From assembly GCA_050253075.1 (NCBI GenBank), contig JBFWJS010000005.1, forward strand, positions 19,137 through 83,136: 64,000 nt of DNA. The letters are read 5' to 3'. Source of the DNA: Deferribacterales bacterium. GTDB taxonomy: Bacteria; Chrysiogenota; Deferribacteres; Deferribacterales; Geovibrionaceae. The position numbers and the translations under genes are program-made. Shown one piece after another: positions 21,408 through 31,270 of the stretch (position 1 is its first letter; each line of letters opens with the position of its first letter). The notes under the pieces are model-generated. The model was not told where the DNA came from. It did not search any database and saw only the letters and a list, made by a program, of their open reading frames with translations.

Positions 21408-23774
21408 ATGCACGAAGTTTTTTATGACATACTGTCTACACTCACTTCAACAGTTATATTCACAATGGTATTTCTCCTTCTTTTCTATATAGAAAAGAAC
21501 CGATACCTATTCTTCTGGTTTATCAGCTGGGCATGCTTCTCCATTGCACTGACACTGCGTGCACTCGCCATAGCAGGCTTTGCCGACAAAGGCGTCTCTG
21601 AGCTGAGCATTGCATTCATATATTTCAACAGTGTCTTCATGCTGATGGGAGGGCTCAGCTTCCTCAACAGCAAAAGGCAGAAGACGGCTCTTTTCAGTCT
21701 TATAATATTTGCGATCTTGCTGACACTTCTCGATGCTGTTTTACTGGACAATTCATGCATCAGCCATACGGTGTTCATCCTGTCGGCTATCATCTATGCA
21801 TACACAGGGATAAAACTTTATAAAAACACAAAAGACATTGGCTACGGCGGAAAGATAGCAGGGATAACACTCTTCTTATGGGGAGTTCATAAGGCAGACT
21901 ATACCCTCATCGAGCATATGCAGTGGTTTGTCCCTCTGGGATACCACATAGCCGTCGCCCTCACACTCATCACTGCCGTCAGCATTGTTCTCATGCACTT
22001 TGAAAAAGTGAAAGTGGATAGAAAGCAGGAGGAATTCCTCTTTAAAAATGTGGCGGAAGCATCGAAAGACATAGTTTTCATAGTGCGCTACACGCCTAAC
22101 ATGCACGTAGACTTCATCAGCCCAGCAGTGGAAAAGATCACGGGATACACCCCCGACGAGATAATGAGATCAAGAGACCTCCAGAACAGATTTGTACTGG
22201 ACTATATGATAAAGGCACACGGGATAACAAACATAGTGAGCTCCGGTCTGGAGTCCAACATGCACAATACCCAGTCAAAATATGCCAAAGACATTATGCT
22301 GCAGTATTCATACACAGACTACTTTGCCATGGACGGAAAGCTGGAAAAGACCGTGGGATTTATCAAAGATGTAACACAGGATGTGCTGGCCCTCGACCAG
22401 ATCATCGTCAGACAGGACTGGTATGACGCCCTCTTTCATAAATCATCCACCATACAGCTTCTGGTCAGTATGGAGACGGGATACATCGTAGATGCTAACC
22501 AGGCCTTTCTGCAGTCTTACGGATTCGAACCGTCTGAGCTGGAAGAGATGCATTTCAGAGAAATATTCGTCACTAAGAGCGACTCAGAGATATTCATGAA
22601 CTCGAACAAGCCGACCCCTGTTTCAAAGGTGGTTAAGCACCACGGCAAGAACGGCGGAGTGATGAATGTCCATCTGACATCCTTCCCCGTGAAGTTCAAA
22701 GACAGCAACTATCTATACATCAGCATCATGGACGTTTCAAATGAGGTCCGCTTCAGCACTGCCCTGCAGAACATCACAAACCAGCACAGTGCCATTCTGA
22801 AGTCCCTTAGCGAAGGGGTGATAGGTGTCGATGTGGACGGAGATATCTTCTTCATGAACAGCTTCGCAGCGGAAAAGCTGGGGATGGAAGAAGATATAAT
22901 AGGCGTAAACCTCAGGGATATAATAATAAAAGATAAAGATGCAGGCACAAAATTCTCACTTCATGAACTCCCCTCTTTCAAGCTGCTCAGTTCATCGGAC
23001 TTTGAGGTGACAAACAGACAGCATCTGCTGAACCGCAACGGACAAGCCATCCCCGTTGAAATGACCATGCGCATGCTGAACACATACGACGGGGACCAGA
23101 AATTTGTCCTCGTTTTCAGAGACATCACAAAAGAGCTGGAAAATGAAGAAAGCATGCTGAGACAAATACAGGAAAACGAAGTGCTCCTGCAGGAAGTGCA
23201 CCACAGGGTGAAAAATAACCTGCAGATAATATGCAGTCTGCTCTCCCTTCAGGCGGATAAGCTGGACGACAACGAGCCGAAAAAGTATCTGGACAGCTCC
23301 GTAGCAAGGATAAAGTCTATGTCACTCATACACGAACTGCTCTATCAAACAAAAGGTCTGAACGCCATAAACCTTAAGCAGTACATAGAAAAGCTCATCT
23401 TCGACATAAGCAGTACGCTCTCTTTTGAAAACGAGATAACATTCATCACAGATATTCAGGACATGACAATATCACTGGACAAGGCTGTGCCGTGCGGACT
23501 GATAATCACAGAGCTGATAACCAACTCCATAAAACATGCATACCCAGAAGACACACAGGAAAAACAGATCGAAATACGCTTCAAAACCGACGATGAATCA
23601 AGCACCCTATGTATAAAAGATAATGGCGTGGGAATAGATACTGAGTTTTCGAGCGACAGCCTCGGGCTCACTGTCGTGAACTCTCTGGTGCGCCAGCTCA
23701 GGGGGAATATCTCTTTTGAAAATGAAAACGGGCTCGCTGTTAAAATAGAGCTTCCGCCGGAATTCAGAAACTAG
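21408..23774 (+). CDS. Membrane-bound multi-PAS histidine kinase (HisKA_2 type)
   Basis: About seven N-terminal TM helices, three PAS-like domains, EVHHRVKNNLQ, ELITNSIKHA, DNGVG, SLGL. Confidence 0.9.
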   Translation: MHEVFYDILSTLTSTVIFTMVFLLLFYIEKNRYLFFWFISWACFSIALTLRALAIAGFADKGVSELSIAFIYFNSVFMLMGGLSFLNSKRQKTALFSLIIFAILLTLLDAVLLDNSCISHTVFILSAIIYAYTGIKLYKNTKDIGYGGKIAGITLFLWGVHKADYTLIEHMQWFVPLGYHIAVALTLITAVSIVLMHFEKVKVDRKQEEFLFKNVAEASKDIVFIVRYTPNMHVDFISPAVEKITGYTPDEIMRSRDLQNRFVLDYMIKAHGITNIVSSGLESNMHNTQSKYAKDIMLQYSYTDYFAMDGKLEKTVGFIKDVTQDVLALDQIIVRQDWYDALFHKSSTIQLLVSMETGYIVDANQAFLQSYGFEPSELEEMHFREIFVTKSDSEIFMNSNKPTPVSKVVKHHGKNGGVMNVHLTSFPVKFKDSNYLYISIMDVSNEVRFSTALQNITNQHSAILKSLSEGVIGVDVDGDIFFMNSFAAEKLGMEEDIIGVNLRDIIIKDKDAGTKFSLHELPSFKLLSSSDFEVTNRQHLLNRNGQAIPVEMTMRMLNTYDGDQKFVLVFRDITKELENEESMLRQIQENEVLLQEVHHRVKNNLQIICSLLSLQADKLDDNEPKKYLDSSVARIKSMSLIHELLYQTKGLNAINLKQYIEKLIFDISSTLSFENEITFITDIQDMTISLDKAVPCGLIITELITNSIKHAYPEDTQEKQIEIRFKTDDESSTLCIKDNGVGIDTEFSSDSLGLTVVNSLVRQLRGNISFENENGLAVKIELPPEFRN

Positions 23775-24658
23775 CCTTTACGCAGTTTTCCTATATTCAG
23801 CGTCGTCAGCAGGATACCCGTAAATATGAACCCGATACCCTTCAGATGAAATCCCATAAGTGACTCACCTAAAAATATCACAGCGAGTATTGTGCTGAAG
23901 ACAGGCATAAGGTGTACGAAAGGACCTGCCTTATTCGCTCCGACATCACGCACAGCCTTATTCCAGAAGAGGAATGCTATGACAGAGGCAAAGAGCCCCA
24001 CATAAAGCACGGAAGCGATAGTAGGCGTGTTAAAATGAACGGGTCTGCCCCCGAATGTCTCATGCAGATAAAACGGCAGAAGTATCAAAACGCCTATCAT
24101 GGAGATAGCTGTAAGGTATGCTATAGGATTGAGCTCTTTAGGGAATTTCTTAAGATTTACAGAATAAGCAGCCCATACAAAAGCCGCAACGAGAACCACA
24201 AGGTCGCCCCTGTTGAAAGAGAGCGAACGAAGAGTCTCCACATCACCCTTTGCAATGATGTATACCACACCGCCGAGGGATATGATGATCCCCGCAGCCT
24301 GCCTGATGCTAACCCTGTCTCTGAACATAAACCATGATACGGCAACGATAATAACAGGGATGCAGGAATTCACCAGCACGGCATTTATCGCCGTAGTGGT
24401 CTGTGTCGCCACGTATATCATAGTATTAAAGCATGCAATGCCCAGCACCGCCTGCACCAGAAGATATTTGAAATTCTTCTTAAGCTCAGGTATCTGCTTC
24501 AGCATGTAAGGCAGACCGAAAGGCAGCAGTATAAGCCCCGCCACAACCCAGCGGTAAAAAGCCAGACCGAAAGGAGGGATAACATCGTGCATCCCCCTGC
24601 TGAGGACAAAGTTTCCCGACCATATAAGTGCGCTCAATACTAAAAACAGATAAGACAT
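23771..24658 (-). CDS. DMT/EamA family transporter
   Basis: Ten-TM EamA pattern (IWSGNF, FYRW, FLGE). Start placed at MSYLFL. Confidence 0.88.
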   Translation of the reverse strand: MSYLFLVLSALIWSGNFVLSRGMHDVIPPFGLAFYRWVVAGLILLPFGLPYMLKQIPELKKNFKYLLVQAVLGIACFNTMIYVATQTTTAINAVLVNSCIPVIIVAVSWFMFRDRVSIRQAAGIIISLGGVVYIIAKGDVETLRSLSFNRGDLVVLVAAFVWAAYSVNLKKFPKELNPIAYLTAISMIGVLILLPFYLHETFGGRPVHFNTPTIASVLYVGLFASVIAFLFWNKAVRDVGANKAGPFVHLMPVFSTILAVIFLGESLMGFHLKGIGFIFTGILLTTLNIGKLRKG

Positions 24659-24748
24659 AGCTAAAACCTGCGATATTTTAATAAACCAAGCATCCATTGC
24701 GACGTATACATTACCGCTATGAAAAACAAAACTCAACGCTAAATTATG

Positions 24749-24780
24749 AAAAAAACCGGGTGCACTTTCATACACCCGGT
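24749..24780 (-). terminator. Terminator after dctM
   Basis: A7 tract plus ACCGGGTG/CACCCGGT stem. Confidence 0.7.
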
Positions 24781-24823
24781 GTCCAAAAGGACCATCATGT
24801 CAATATAGGTTGGGTCGTAAACC

Positions 24824-26107
24824 TTAGTTAGCAAAAAGATTAGGCAGAAACAGCGTGATCTGGGGCACGTATGTAAGCACCAGAAGCACCACTATCATAG
24901 CCAGCAGGAACGGAAGAACCCCCTTCGACACATCCTCCAGAGTTATCTCCGACACTCGTGCAGAGACAAAGAGGTTCAGCCCCAGAGGCGGAGTGATGAA
25001 ACCTATCGCAAGGTTCACTATCATAACAACGCCGAAGTGAACCGGATCTATACCCACAGCCAGAACAACAGGCAGGAGTATAGGCGAAAGGATGATGATA
25101 GCCGCCAGTGTCTCCATAAAACAGCCCACGACAAGGAGCATAAGGTTTATGAAGATAAGTATCATTATAGGATTGTCTGTGATATGCGTGATATATTTCG
25201 CTATCATCACGGGGATGCCCTCAATGGCGAGCACCCTGCCGAATACCGTGGCAGTACCGACAATGATCATTACTGTGGCTGTTGTCAGTGCGGATTTGCT
25301 GATCACATGATACAGCTCTCCCCACTTGAGGTCTTTATAAACGAACATGCCGACGAAAAATCCGTAAAGCACCGCAACGGCAGCCGCCTCTGTCGGTGTG
25401 AATATACCGCCGTAGATACCGCCGAGGATGATAACGGGCACCATGATGGCCCACTTTGCATCATATATGATGGCAAGTATTTCTTTTGCGGTGTAATGGT
25501 GTTTTTCGCCGTGATAGCCTGATTTTTTAGATTTATAATAGCTGACACCCATGAGCACGGCGCCGATGAAAAGCCCCGGGATGATACCCGCAAGGAACAT
25601 CTGGCTGACCGATACGCTGGCAGAGATGCCGTATATTACCATTGGAATGCTCGGAGGTATTACCACCCCGATGCAGCCGGCAGAAGCAACGAGCCCCGCC
25701 GAAAAGTTCCTGTTGTACCCTCTGGCAGCCATAGCAGGGAACATGATCCCCCCGATGGCGGCAACTGTCGCAGGGCCGGAACCCGAGATAGCGGCAAAGA
25801 ACATGCAGGTAGCCACAGCCACAAGGGCGAGACCGCCTGTGAAACGTCCGAATATGATATCACCCACATCAAGCAGCCTCTTTGAAAGCCCGCCGTGCCC
25901 CATAAGGTCGCCGGCGAGGATAAAGAACGGAACCGCCATCAGAGGGAACGAGTCTATGGATGTAACAAGGCTCTGAGCGAGGTAGCTGCTGTCCACGAGC
26001 CCGCCGTATATCAGCGCACCCATAGAAGCCGTACCGAGGGCTATACCCACAGGCACGTTTACCACGAGGAAGAAGACGAATGTGCCGAACAGTATTAAAG
26101 CGGTCAT
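24824..26107 (-). CDS. dctM: TRAP transporter large permease
   Basis: AVPFFILAG, FAAISGS, IPPSIP, FTPTEAA, ITPPLG. Confidence 0.95.
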   Translation of the reverse strand: MTALILFGTFVFFLVVNVPVGIALGTASMGALIYGGLVDSSYLAQSLVTSIDSFPLMAVPFFILAGDLMGHGGLSKRLLDVGDIIFGRFTGGLALVAVATCMFFAAISGSGPATVAAIGGIMFPAMAARGYNRNFSAGLVASAGCIGVVIPPSIPMVIYGISASVSVSQMFLAGIIPGLFIGAVLMGVSYYKSKKSGYHGEKHHYTAKEILAIIYDAKWAIMVPVIILGGIYGGIFTPTEAAAVAVLYGFFVGMFVYKDLKWGELYHVISKSALTTATVMIIVGTATVFGRVLAIEGIPVMIAKYITHITDNPIMILIFINLMLLVVGCFMETLAAIIILSPILLPVVLAVGIDPVHFGVVMIVNLAIGFITPPLGLNLFVSARVSEITLEDVSKGVLPFLLAMIVVLLVLTYVPQITLFLPNLFAN

Positions 26108-26595
26108 TTCTGCTCCTCCTTAACATTCAGCTCCTTGATGTTTTTGATCAAACTCTGGATAAGACGTATAAAAACGAGCAGGAAGCCCACGGCAGGTGCG
26201 AGGTAGACATATCCCATAGGGATGCCCATCGCAGGCGAGCTCTGACCGAAATTAAATATCTTCATACTGAGGATAAAGCCCTCCTTTACCACCATAAGGG
26301 CAAAGACGAGGAATATTACGTTGGAAAAGATATAGACATACTTCTTCACCTTAGGAGGCATAAACATCACGGCGGCTTCCACCCTGATGTGTGCATGTCT
26401 TTTCACAGCATAGCTGACACCAATGTAAGAGACCCAGATAAACAGGTATCTGGCGAGCTCTTCTGACCATGTAAGCGATTCCTGCACTACGTAGCGCATA
26501 AATATCTGCACACCGATGATTATACTCATAGCCGAGAGGAGTACGACGAGTACTGCCTCTTCAAAGTGTTCGTCCAGGTAGTGTAAAATCTTCAT
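26104..26595 (-). CDS. dctQ: TRAP transporter small permease
   Basis: RYV...WSEELARYLFIW...HIRV; four TM helices. Confidence 0.93.
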   Translation of the reverse strand: MKILHYLDEHFEEAVLVVLLSAMSIIIGVQIFMRYVVQESLTWSEELARYLFIWVSYIGVSYAVKRHAHIRVEAAVMFMPPKVKKYVYIFSNVIFLVFALMVVKEGFILSMKIFNFGQSSPAMGIPMGYVYLAPAVGFLLVFIRLIQSLIKNIKELNVKEEQK

Positions 26596-26633
26596 AAAAC
26601 TCTCCGTTTAAAACAGCTAAGGTGCGGCACCTT

Positions 26634-26670
26634 AAAAAAGTGCTGCCGCTCAGATCAATAAGCGGCAGCA
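26634..26670 (-). terminator. Stem-loop or partial terminator after dctP
   Basis: TGCTGCCGCT/AGCGGCAGCA stem with a U tract on the minus strand. Confidence 0.65.
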
Positions 26671-26687
26671 TACTAAGAGAGGTGTAT

Positions 26688-27653
26688 TTATTCTGCTGTA
26701 GCAGCAGCTATAACTTTCTCTACTATTTCGGCTCCGGCTTTCGCTTTCACCTTTTCGTATACAGGGCCCATTTTGCTTCTAAAAGCGTCTTTCTCTTCAG
26801 GAGTGAGCTCTATGAACTCGATAGTTCCTTCCATAGCTTTCTCTGCGTCGATATCTTTCTGCTGAGCCATATTTCTTTCAAAACCTTTAGCAGCTTCCAC
26901 TGCATCGAGGATAATCTTCTGGTCTTCAGGGCTGAAGCTGTTGAAGAGGTCGAGGTTCATCATGATAACAAAAGGAGAGTACAGGTGTGCTGTCTTTGTT
27001 ATGTATTTCTGAACTTCGTAGTACTTCATTTCGTAGAAGAGGTTGATAGGTGTCTCCTGAGCATCGAATGTTCCCTGCTGAAGAGCAGTGAAGAGTTCGC
27101 CGAAAGCGAGCGGAGCAGGGTTATGCACTGGACGTTTGCTGTTGCTGAAGTTTCTGAATCCGTTTTCCCAGAAGCCGAGACCTTTGATGTTGATCTTCTC
27201 CATGTTTTTAAGCATTTCCTGACCTACAGGTCCGTCGAGCACTCTGTAAACGCTTGCTCTGTCTTTAAAGAGGAAAGGCATGTCAAGAGCGAAGAACTCT
27301 TTCTGGAAAGCCGCAACAGGTGCAGATGAAACGAAGCACATGTTTACGTTGCCGAGCTGAACGCCTTCCACAAGCTCTCTCTCGCTTCCGAGCTGAGCAT
27401 TAGGATAGATCTCTGTTGTGATCCTGCCGTTTGTTTCTTTGGCTACGATCTCGCCGAACATCTCAAGAGCTTTGTGTCCGGGGTTTGACTCAGATGCGGC
27501 ATGAGCCATTTTGATAACAACTTTCTTCTCTGCTTTAGACTCTGCGCTTTCTTCCTTGCTGCTGGAGCAGCCTGTGAGGAGCATGAGCCCCGCAGCGAGC
27601 ATAAGCATAAGCGTCACTTTAAGACGCACTGATACTGTAAGAATCCTTTTCAT
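26688..27653 (-). CDS. dctP: TRAP substrate-binding lipoprotein with an apparent internal in-frame deletion; possibly non-functional
   Basis: Lipobox LTGC, YPNAQLG, ENGFRN, ELFTALQQG. The usual 'DLKGLKIR...LGA' segment is missing between SKRPVH and NPAPLAF. Confidence 0.88.
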   Translation of the reverse strand: MKRILTVSVRLKVTLMLMLAAGLMLLTGCSSSKEESAESKAEKKVVIKMAHAASESNPGHKALEMFGEIVAKETNGRITTEIYPNAQLGSERELVEGVQLGNVNMCFVSSAPVAAFQKEFFALDMPFLFKDRASVYRVLDGPVGQEMLKNMEKINIKGLGFWENGFRNFSNSKRPVHNPAPLAFGELFTALQQGTFDAQETPINLFYEMKYYEVQKYITKTAHLYSPFVIMMNLDLFNSFSPEDQKIILDAVEAAKGFERNMAQQKDIDAEKAMEGTIEFIELTPEEKDAFRSKMGPVYEKVKAKAGAEIVEKVIAAATAE

Positions 27654-27792
27654 AGTTTAACTCCTTGTGCTTCCATATGAAGCCGGTAATTAAAAATCTT
27701 ATTTGCTGCTGTAAACGGTTATATTTACAGCTTTTTTACGGAACATTCATGAGGCGTACCGAACAGCACATTTACCTGTATTATTCAAATAG

Positions 27793-28566
27793 TCACCCCA
27801 CTGATTTCAGTTTTTCTGTAATCAAAACTGACGCCTCTTTGACCTTAGCGATATAGTTTTCGAGATCACTCTCCATCCTTTCCTTCGGGCCGGAGACACT
27901 GACTGCGGCAACGGTCTTCCCATCTGCATCCTTGATGGGAGCCGCCACACACTTCAGTCCGTATTCTATCTCTTCATCATCGATGGCGTATCCCGCCTCT
28001 CTGATCTTTTTTAATTCTTCGTCCAGCCTTGCTCTGTCCGTGATGGTGTGTTCTGTTTCTTTCGGCAGTCCCCATTCCTCCACGACATTATTAAGCTGTT
28101 TATCACTGAGAGCCGCCAAAAGCACCTTGCCCACACCTGAGCAGTGGCAGTTCAGCGAAGAGCCCACCCGAGACATAATGCGCAGTGCTCTCTTTTCGCT
28201 CTCGATCTTATCTATGTACAGCGCCTGCCCGTTATGCATAACAGCGAGGTGCACTGTCTCTCCGCACTTTCTGCAGAGCTCCTCGACAAAAGGCTTTGCC
28301 GCTGTGCGTATATGCCCGTAAGACTCTGCGAGCTGCCCCAGGCAGTATATGCCGAAGCCGAGCTTATACGTCTGCGTACCTTCCACCCTCTCGAGGAATG
28401 CCGCCTCTTCGAGGTTTCGGATCAGTCTGAGGGTCGAGCTTTTGTTATAAGCCAGCTTCTCGCTGATCTCCTTTACTGTCAGTGTCTTTCCCCGTTTGTC
28501 GAACAGACCCAGTATATTAAATGTCTTTTCCAGAACCTTAACCCTGTAAGTCTCATATGTCGGCAT
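27793..28566 (-). CDS. IclR family transcriptional regulator
   Basis: N-terminal HTH, GETVHL, CSGVGKVLLA, GYAIDDEE, CVAAPI, AVSVSGP. Confidence 0.93.
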   Translation of the reverse strand: MPTYETYRVKVLEKTFNILGLFDKRGKTLTVKEISEKLAYNKSSTLRLIRNLEEAAFLERVEGTQTYKLGFGIYCLGQLAESYGHIRTAAKPFVEELCRKCGETVHLAVMHNGQALYIDKIESEKRALRIMSRVGSSLNCHCSGVGKVLLAALSDKQLNNVVEEWGLPKETEHTITDRARLDEELKKIREAGYAIDDEEIEYGLKCVAAPIKDADGKTVAAVSVSGPKERMESDLENYIAKVKEASVLITEKLKSVG

Positions 28567-28579
28567 AGTACTCTCCAAA

Positions 28580-28602
28580 TAAATTTTACATTATGAAACT
28601 TT
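28580..28602. promoter_or_regulatory. Putative IclR operator (autoregulatory copy)
   Basis: taaatttta-catta-TGAAACTTT. Its right arm is identical to that of the palindrome at 33271-33293. Confidence 0.5.
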
Positions 28603-28635
28603 TACTTCATCCACGTGCCGTACACAAGTGTTTTC

Positions 28636-29865
28636 CTATTTCAGAACACCTGCGATAAGCTCTACAGGGTGTACGAGCCGCATGTTGTCGCCATCTTCGA
28701 GAGAGCCTGTCAGGTTTATCCTGCATCCCGGACAACCCGTAGCCCAGAGCTCTGCCCCTGTGGCCCTTGCGGCAGCAAGTTTCTTGTCTGTCATCTGCTT
28801 TGACAGTTCAGGAAAATCGTAAAAGAATGTCCCCCCTCCGCCGCAGCACTCGTCATAACCTCTCGACTGTACGTATTCGATTACGGGGATCCTATTCAGA
28901 AGTTTCAGTGCGTCGGCGCTCCCGCCATGATTACGTTCGTGACATGGCGCATGATACGTTACTTTCACTTTTTCCTTATCTTTATCTATGCTGTTTTCCA
29001 GCCATTCATAATTCTCGTTTATGAAGCGGAGCAGGTCTCGGGATTTCGCCCTCAGCCCTGCCGCACCGTCCGTGCTCTCTCCCAGCTCTGCCATCACCTT
29101 TTCATATCCTGACGTCAGTGCCGAGCCGCATGTGGTGCAGTCTGTTATAACTGTTTCCGCTTCTCTGAAAAGCTCGATATTCTTCTGTATGTTTCCCGCC
29201 GAGGTTTCCACAGCACCTTTCAGATACATGGGCAGACCACAGCAGACCTGTTCCCTCACTATCTTCACCCGCAGCCCCATAGCATTCAGAACCTTTACGG
29301 TGCTTTCAGCCACCGAGCCGTAGAGATAGTTTGTACTGCACCCTATGAAGTAGTGCACCGTGCCTCTGACTTCCCCGCCCGAAGGTTCTGCAACTTCGGG
29401 CAGAGAGTCCCGCATCGGCTGTTTGTTCAGTCTCGGCATGGAGGAAATCTTTACATTTCCGAGCCTGATATCCTTATATAGTTTTTCAAAGACGGCGTTC
29501 TGACCTTTTGAGGCTATCGCCGCCGATATTTTCAGCTTATTTTCATGGCTGAGGAGGTGAAAGAAGAGCCTCTTCTTCCAGTCTTCGCCGTGTTCCTGCT
29601 TCATGCTTTTACGCATGCTTATATATAGAGCCTCGTGGTCTATCCCGCTGGGGCAGTACATTGTGCATGCACCGCACATCAGGCACTTTGAGACCACTTT
29701 CTGGAGGTTTTTCGAGGTCTCCAGCCCTCCGTCGGTGTATCTCCTGATCAGCTGAACCTTACCTCTGGGGGTGGTCATCTCTGTCAGGTCTTCCTGATAC
29801 ACGGGGCAGGTCTGTATGCATATTCCGCATTTCCCGCATTTGTATGTCTGCTCCATTGCTTTCAT
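28636..29865 (-). CDS. GlcF-like Fe-S subunit (two 4Fe-4S clusters plus CCG domains) of a 2-hydroxyacid dehydrogenase
   Basis: CGKCGICIQTCP, CLMCGACTMYCP, VCCG, HAPCH, CCGGGG, CPGC. Confidence 0.88.
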   Translation of the reverse strand: MKAMEQTYKCGKCGICIQTCPVYQEDLTEMTTPRGKVQLIRRYTDGGLETSKNLQKVVSKCLMCGACTMYCPSGIDHEALYISMRKSMKQEHGEDWKKRLFFHLLSHENKLKISAAIASKGQNAVFEKLYKDIRLGNVKISSMPRLNKQPMRDSLPEVAEPSGGEVRGTVHYFIGCSTNYLYGSVAESTVKVLNAMGLRVKIVREQVCCGLPMYLKGAVETSAGNIQKNIELFREAETVITDCTTCGSALTSGYEKVMAELGESTDGAAGLRAKSRDLLRFINENYEWLENSIDKDKEKVKVTYHAPCHERNHGGSADALKLLNRIPVIEYVQSRGYDECCGGGGTFFYDFPELSKQMTDKKLAAARATGAELWATGCPGCRINLTGSLEDGDNMRLVHPVELIAGVLK

Positions 29866-29878
29866 ACGTCACCGCACA

Positions 29879-31252
29879 TCAGACAGATTTACCGGGGTTC
29901 AGTATCCCCGCAGGGTCCAATGTTTTCTTGATCAGAGCCGTCAGGTCTCTTGTATTCTCGTCTATCACAAGGGGGAGGAAGGCCTTCTTCGCCAGCCCTA
30001 TCCCGTGCTCGCCCGAAAGGGTTCCGCGCAGTTCCACGGCCAGTTTGAAAATCTCTTCGGTGGCTTTTTCCACCCTCTCCCACTCTTCTTTATCTCTTAT
30101 GTCCGTCACTATAACAGGATGCATGTTCCCGTCGCCCGCATGCGCTACTAGTCCGGCAGTAATTTTATATTTTAAAAGGATCTTACGAACACCTTTTATC
30201 ATAATCGGCACGTTGCTGACAGGAACAGTCGCATCCTCTGTTATGCAGTTTGGAGCCAGTTTGGAAAGGATACCGTGTACCGCTCTGCGTGCTTTCCACA
30301 GCGCTTCCCTCTCCTGCTCGTCTTTTGCAACTTTTATTTCCTTTGCTCCGCAGCCTCTCGCTATCTCTATTATCCTGTCCGCCTGTTTAACCACACCCTC
30401 GGCCACACCGTCGACCTCTATGATAAGCATCCCCTCGACATCCCTCGGGAGCCCCAGCTTCGCCGAGTCTTCCACCAGATTCATGGTCACCTTATCCATC
30501 AGCTCCATAGCAGCGGGCACTATGCCTGTCGCCATGACGGCTTTCACTGTCTCTGCCGTATTATCCAGATCGTCGTAATACGCCAGAATGGTCTTATAGG
30601 CTTCGGGCTGTGCGACTATGCGCAGTGTTGCCTCTGTCACTATGCCCAGAGAACCCTCCGAACCGCAGAAGAGGCTGGAAAGCCTCAGCCCTGTGACATC
30701 CTTTACATTACAGCTCCCCGTGCGTATAACACGCCCGTCGGAGAGCACAGCCTCGAGACCGAGTATATAGTCGGCTGTTACGCCGTATTTAAGGCATCTT
30801 GGTCCGCCCGCATTTTCGGCAATGTTTCCTCCGATGGTGGAAAAGCCCATGCTCGAAGGATCAGGCGGAAAGAAATAGTTCTGTTCTGCTAATGCTTTCT
30901 GAAGATTTGCATTTATCACGCCAGGCTCCACCACGGCGAATCTGTCGCCGAAGTTGAGCTCTTTTATCTTGTTCATCTTTGTCAGGTTAAGTATCAGTCC
31001 GCCTTCCACGGCGACTGTCCCGCCGGAGAGGTTTGACCCTCCGCCACGGGGCACCACGGGTATCTTATTTTCAAAGGCGATCTTCATTATCTCCGAGACC
31101 TCCCCCGTAGTAAGGGGGAATACGACTGCATCCGGTGCGGATTCCTCAACGAATCCGTCGTATGAATATGCCGCTATCGTCTCGTTATCATCCATGAAGC
31201 GCTCTGCTCCGACGATCTTGATAATGCTTTCTCTGATATCTTTGGCTAACAT
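29879..31252 (-). CDS. GlcD-like FAD-linked 2-hydroxyacid oxidoreductase
   Basis: PRGGGS, FPPDPSS, GGNIAENAGG, GSEGSLG, HAGDGNMH, EHGIG. Confidence 0.9.
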   Translation of the reverse strand: MLAKDIRESIIKIVGAERFMDDNETIAAYSYDGFVEESAPDAVVFPLTTGEVSEIMKIAFENKIPVVPRGGGSNLSGGTVAVEGGLILNLTKMNKIKELNFGDRFAVVEPGVINANLQKALAEQNYFFPPDPSSMGFSTIGGNIAENAGGPRCLKYGVTADYILGLEAVLSDGRVIRTGSCNVKDVTGLRLSSLFCGSEGSLGIVTEATLRIVAQPEAYKTILAYYDDLDNTAETVKAVMATGIVPAAMELMDKVTMNLVEDSAKLGLPRDVEGMLIIEVDGVAEGVVKQADRIIEIARGCGAKEIKVAKDEQEREALWKARRAVHGILSKLAPNCITEDATVPVSNVPIMIKGVRKILLKYKITAGLVAHAGDGNMHPVIVTDIRDKEEWERVEKATEEIFKLAVELRGTLSGEHGIGLAKKAFLPLVIDENTRDLTALIKKTLDPAGILNPGKSV

Positions 31253-31270
31253 TATGACTCCCGTTTACCT

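Noticed and set aside
27708..27731. GCTGTAAA-N8-TTTACAGC inverted repeat upstream of dctP
   Set aside because: A real palindrome, but its T tract is on the wrong strand for the local genes and it has no second copy, so no role can be assigned.
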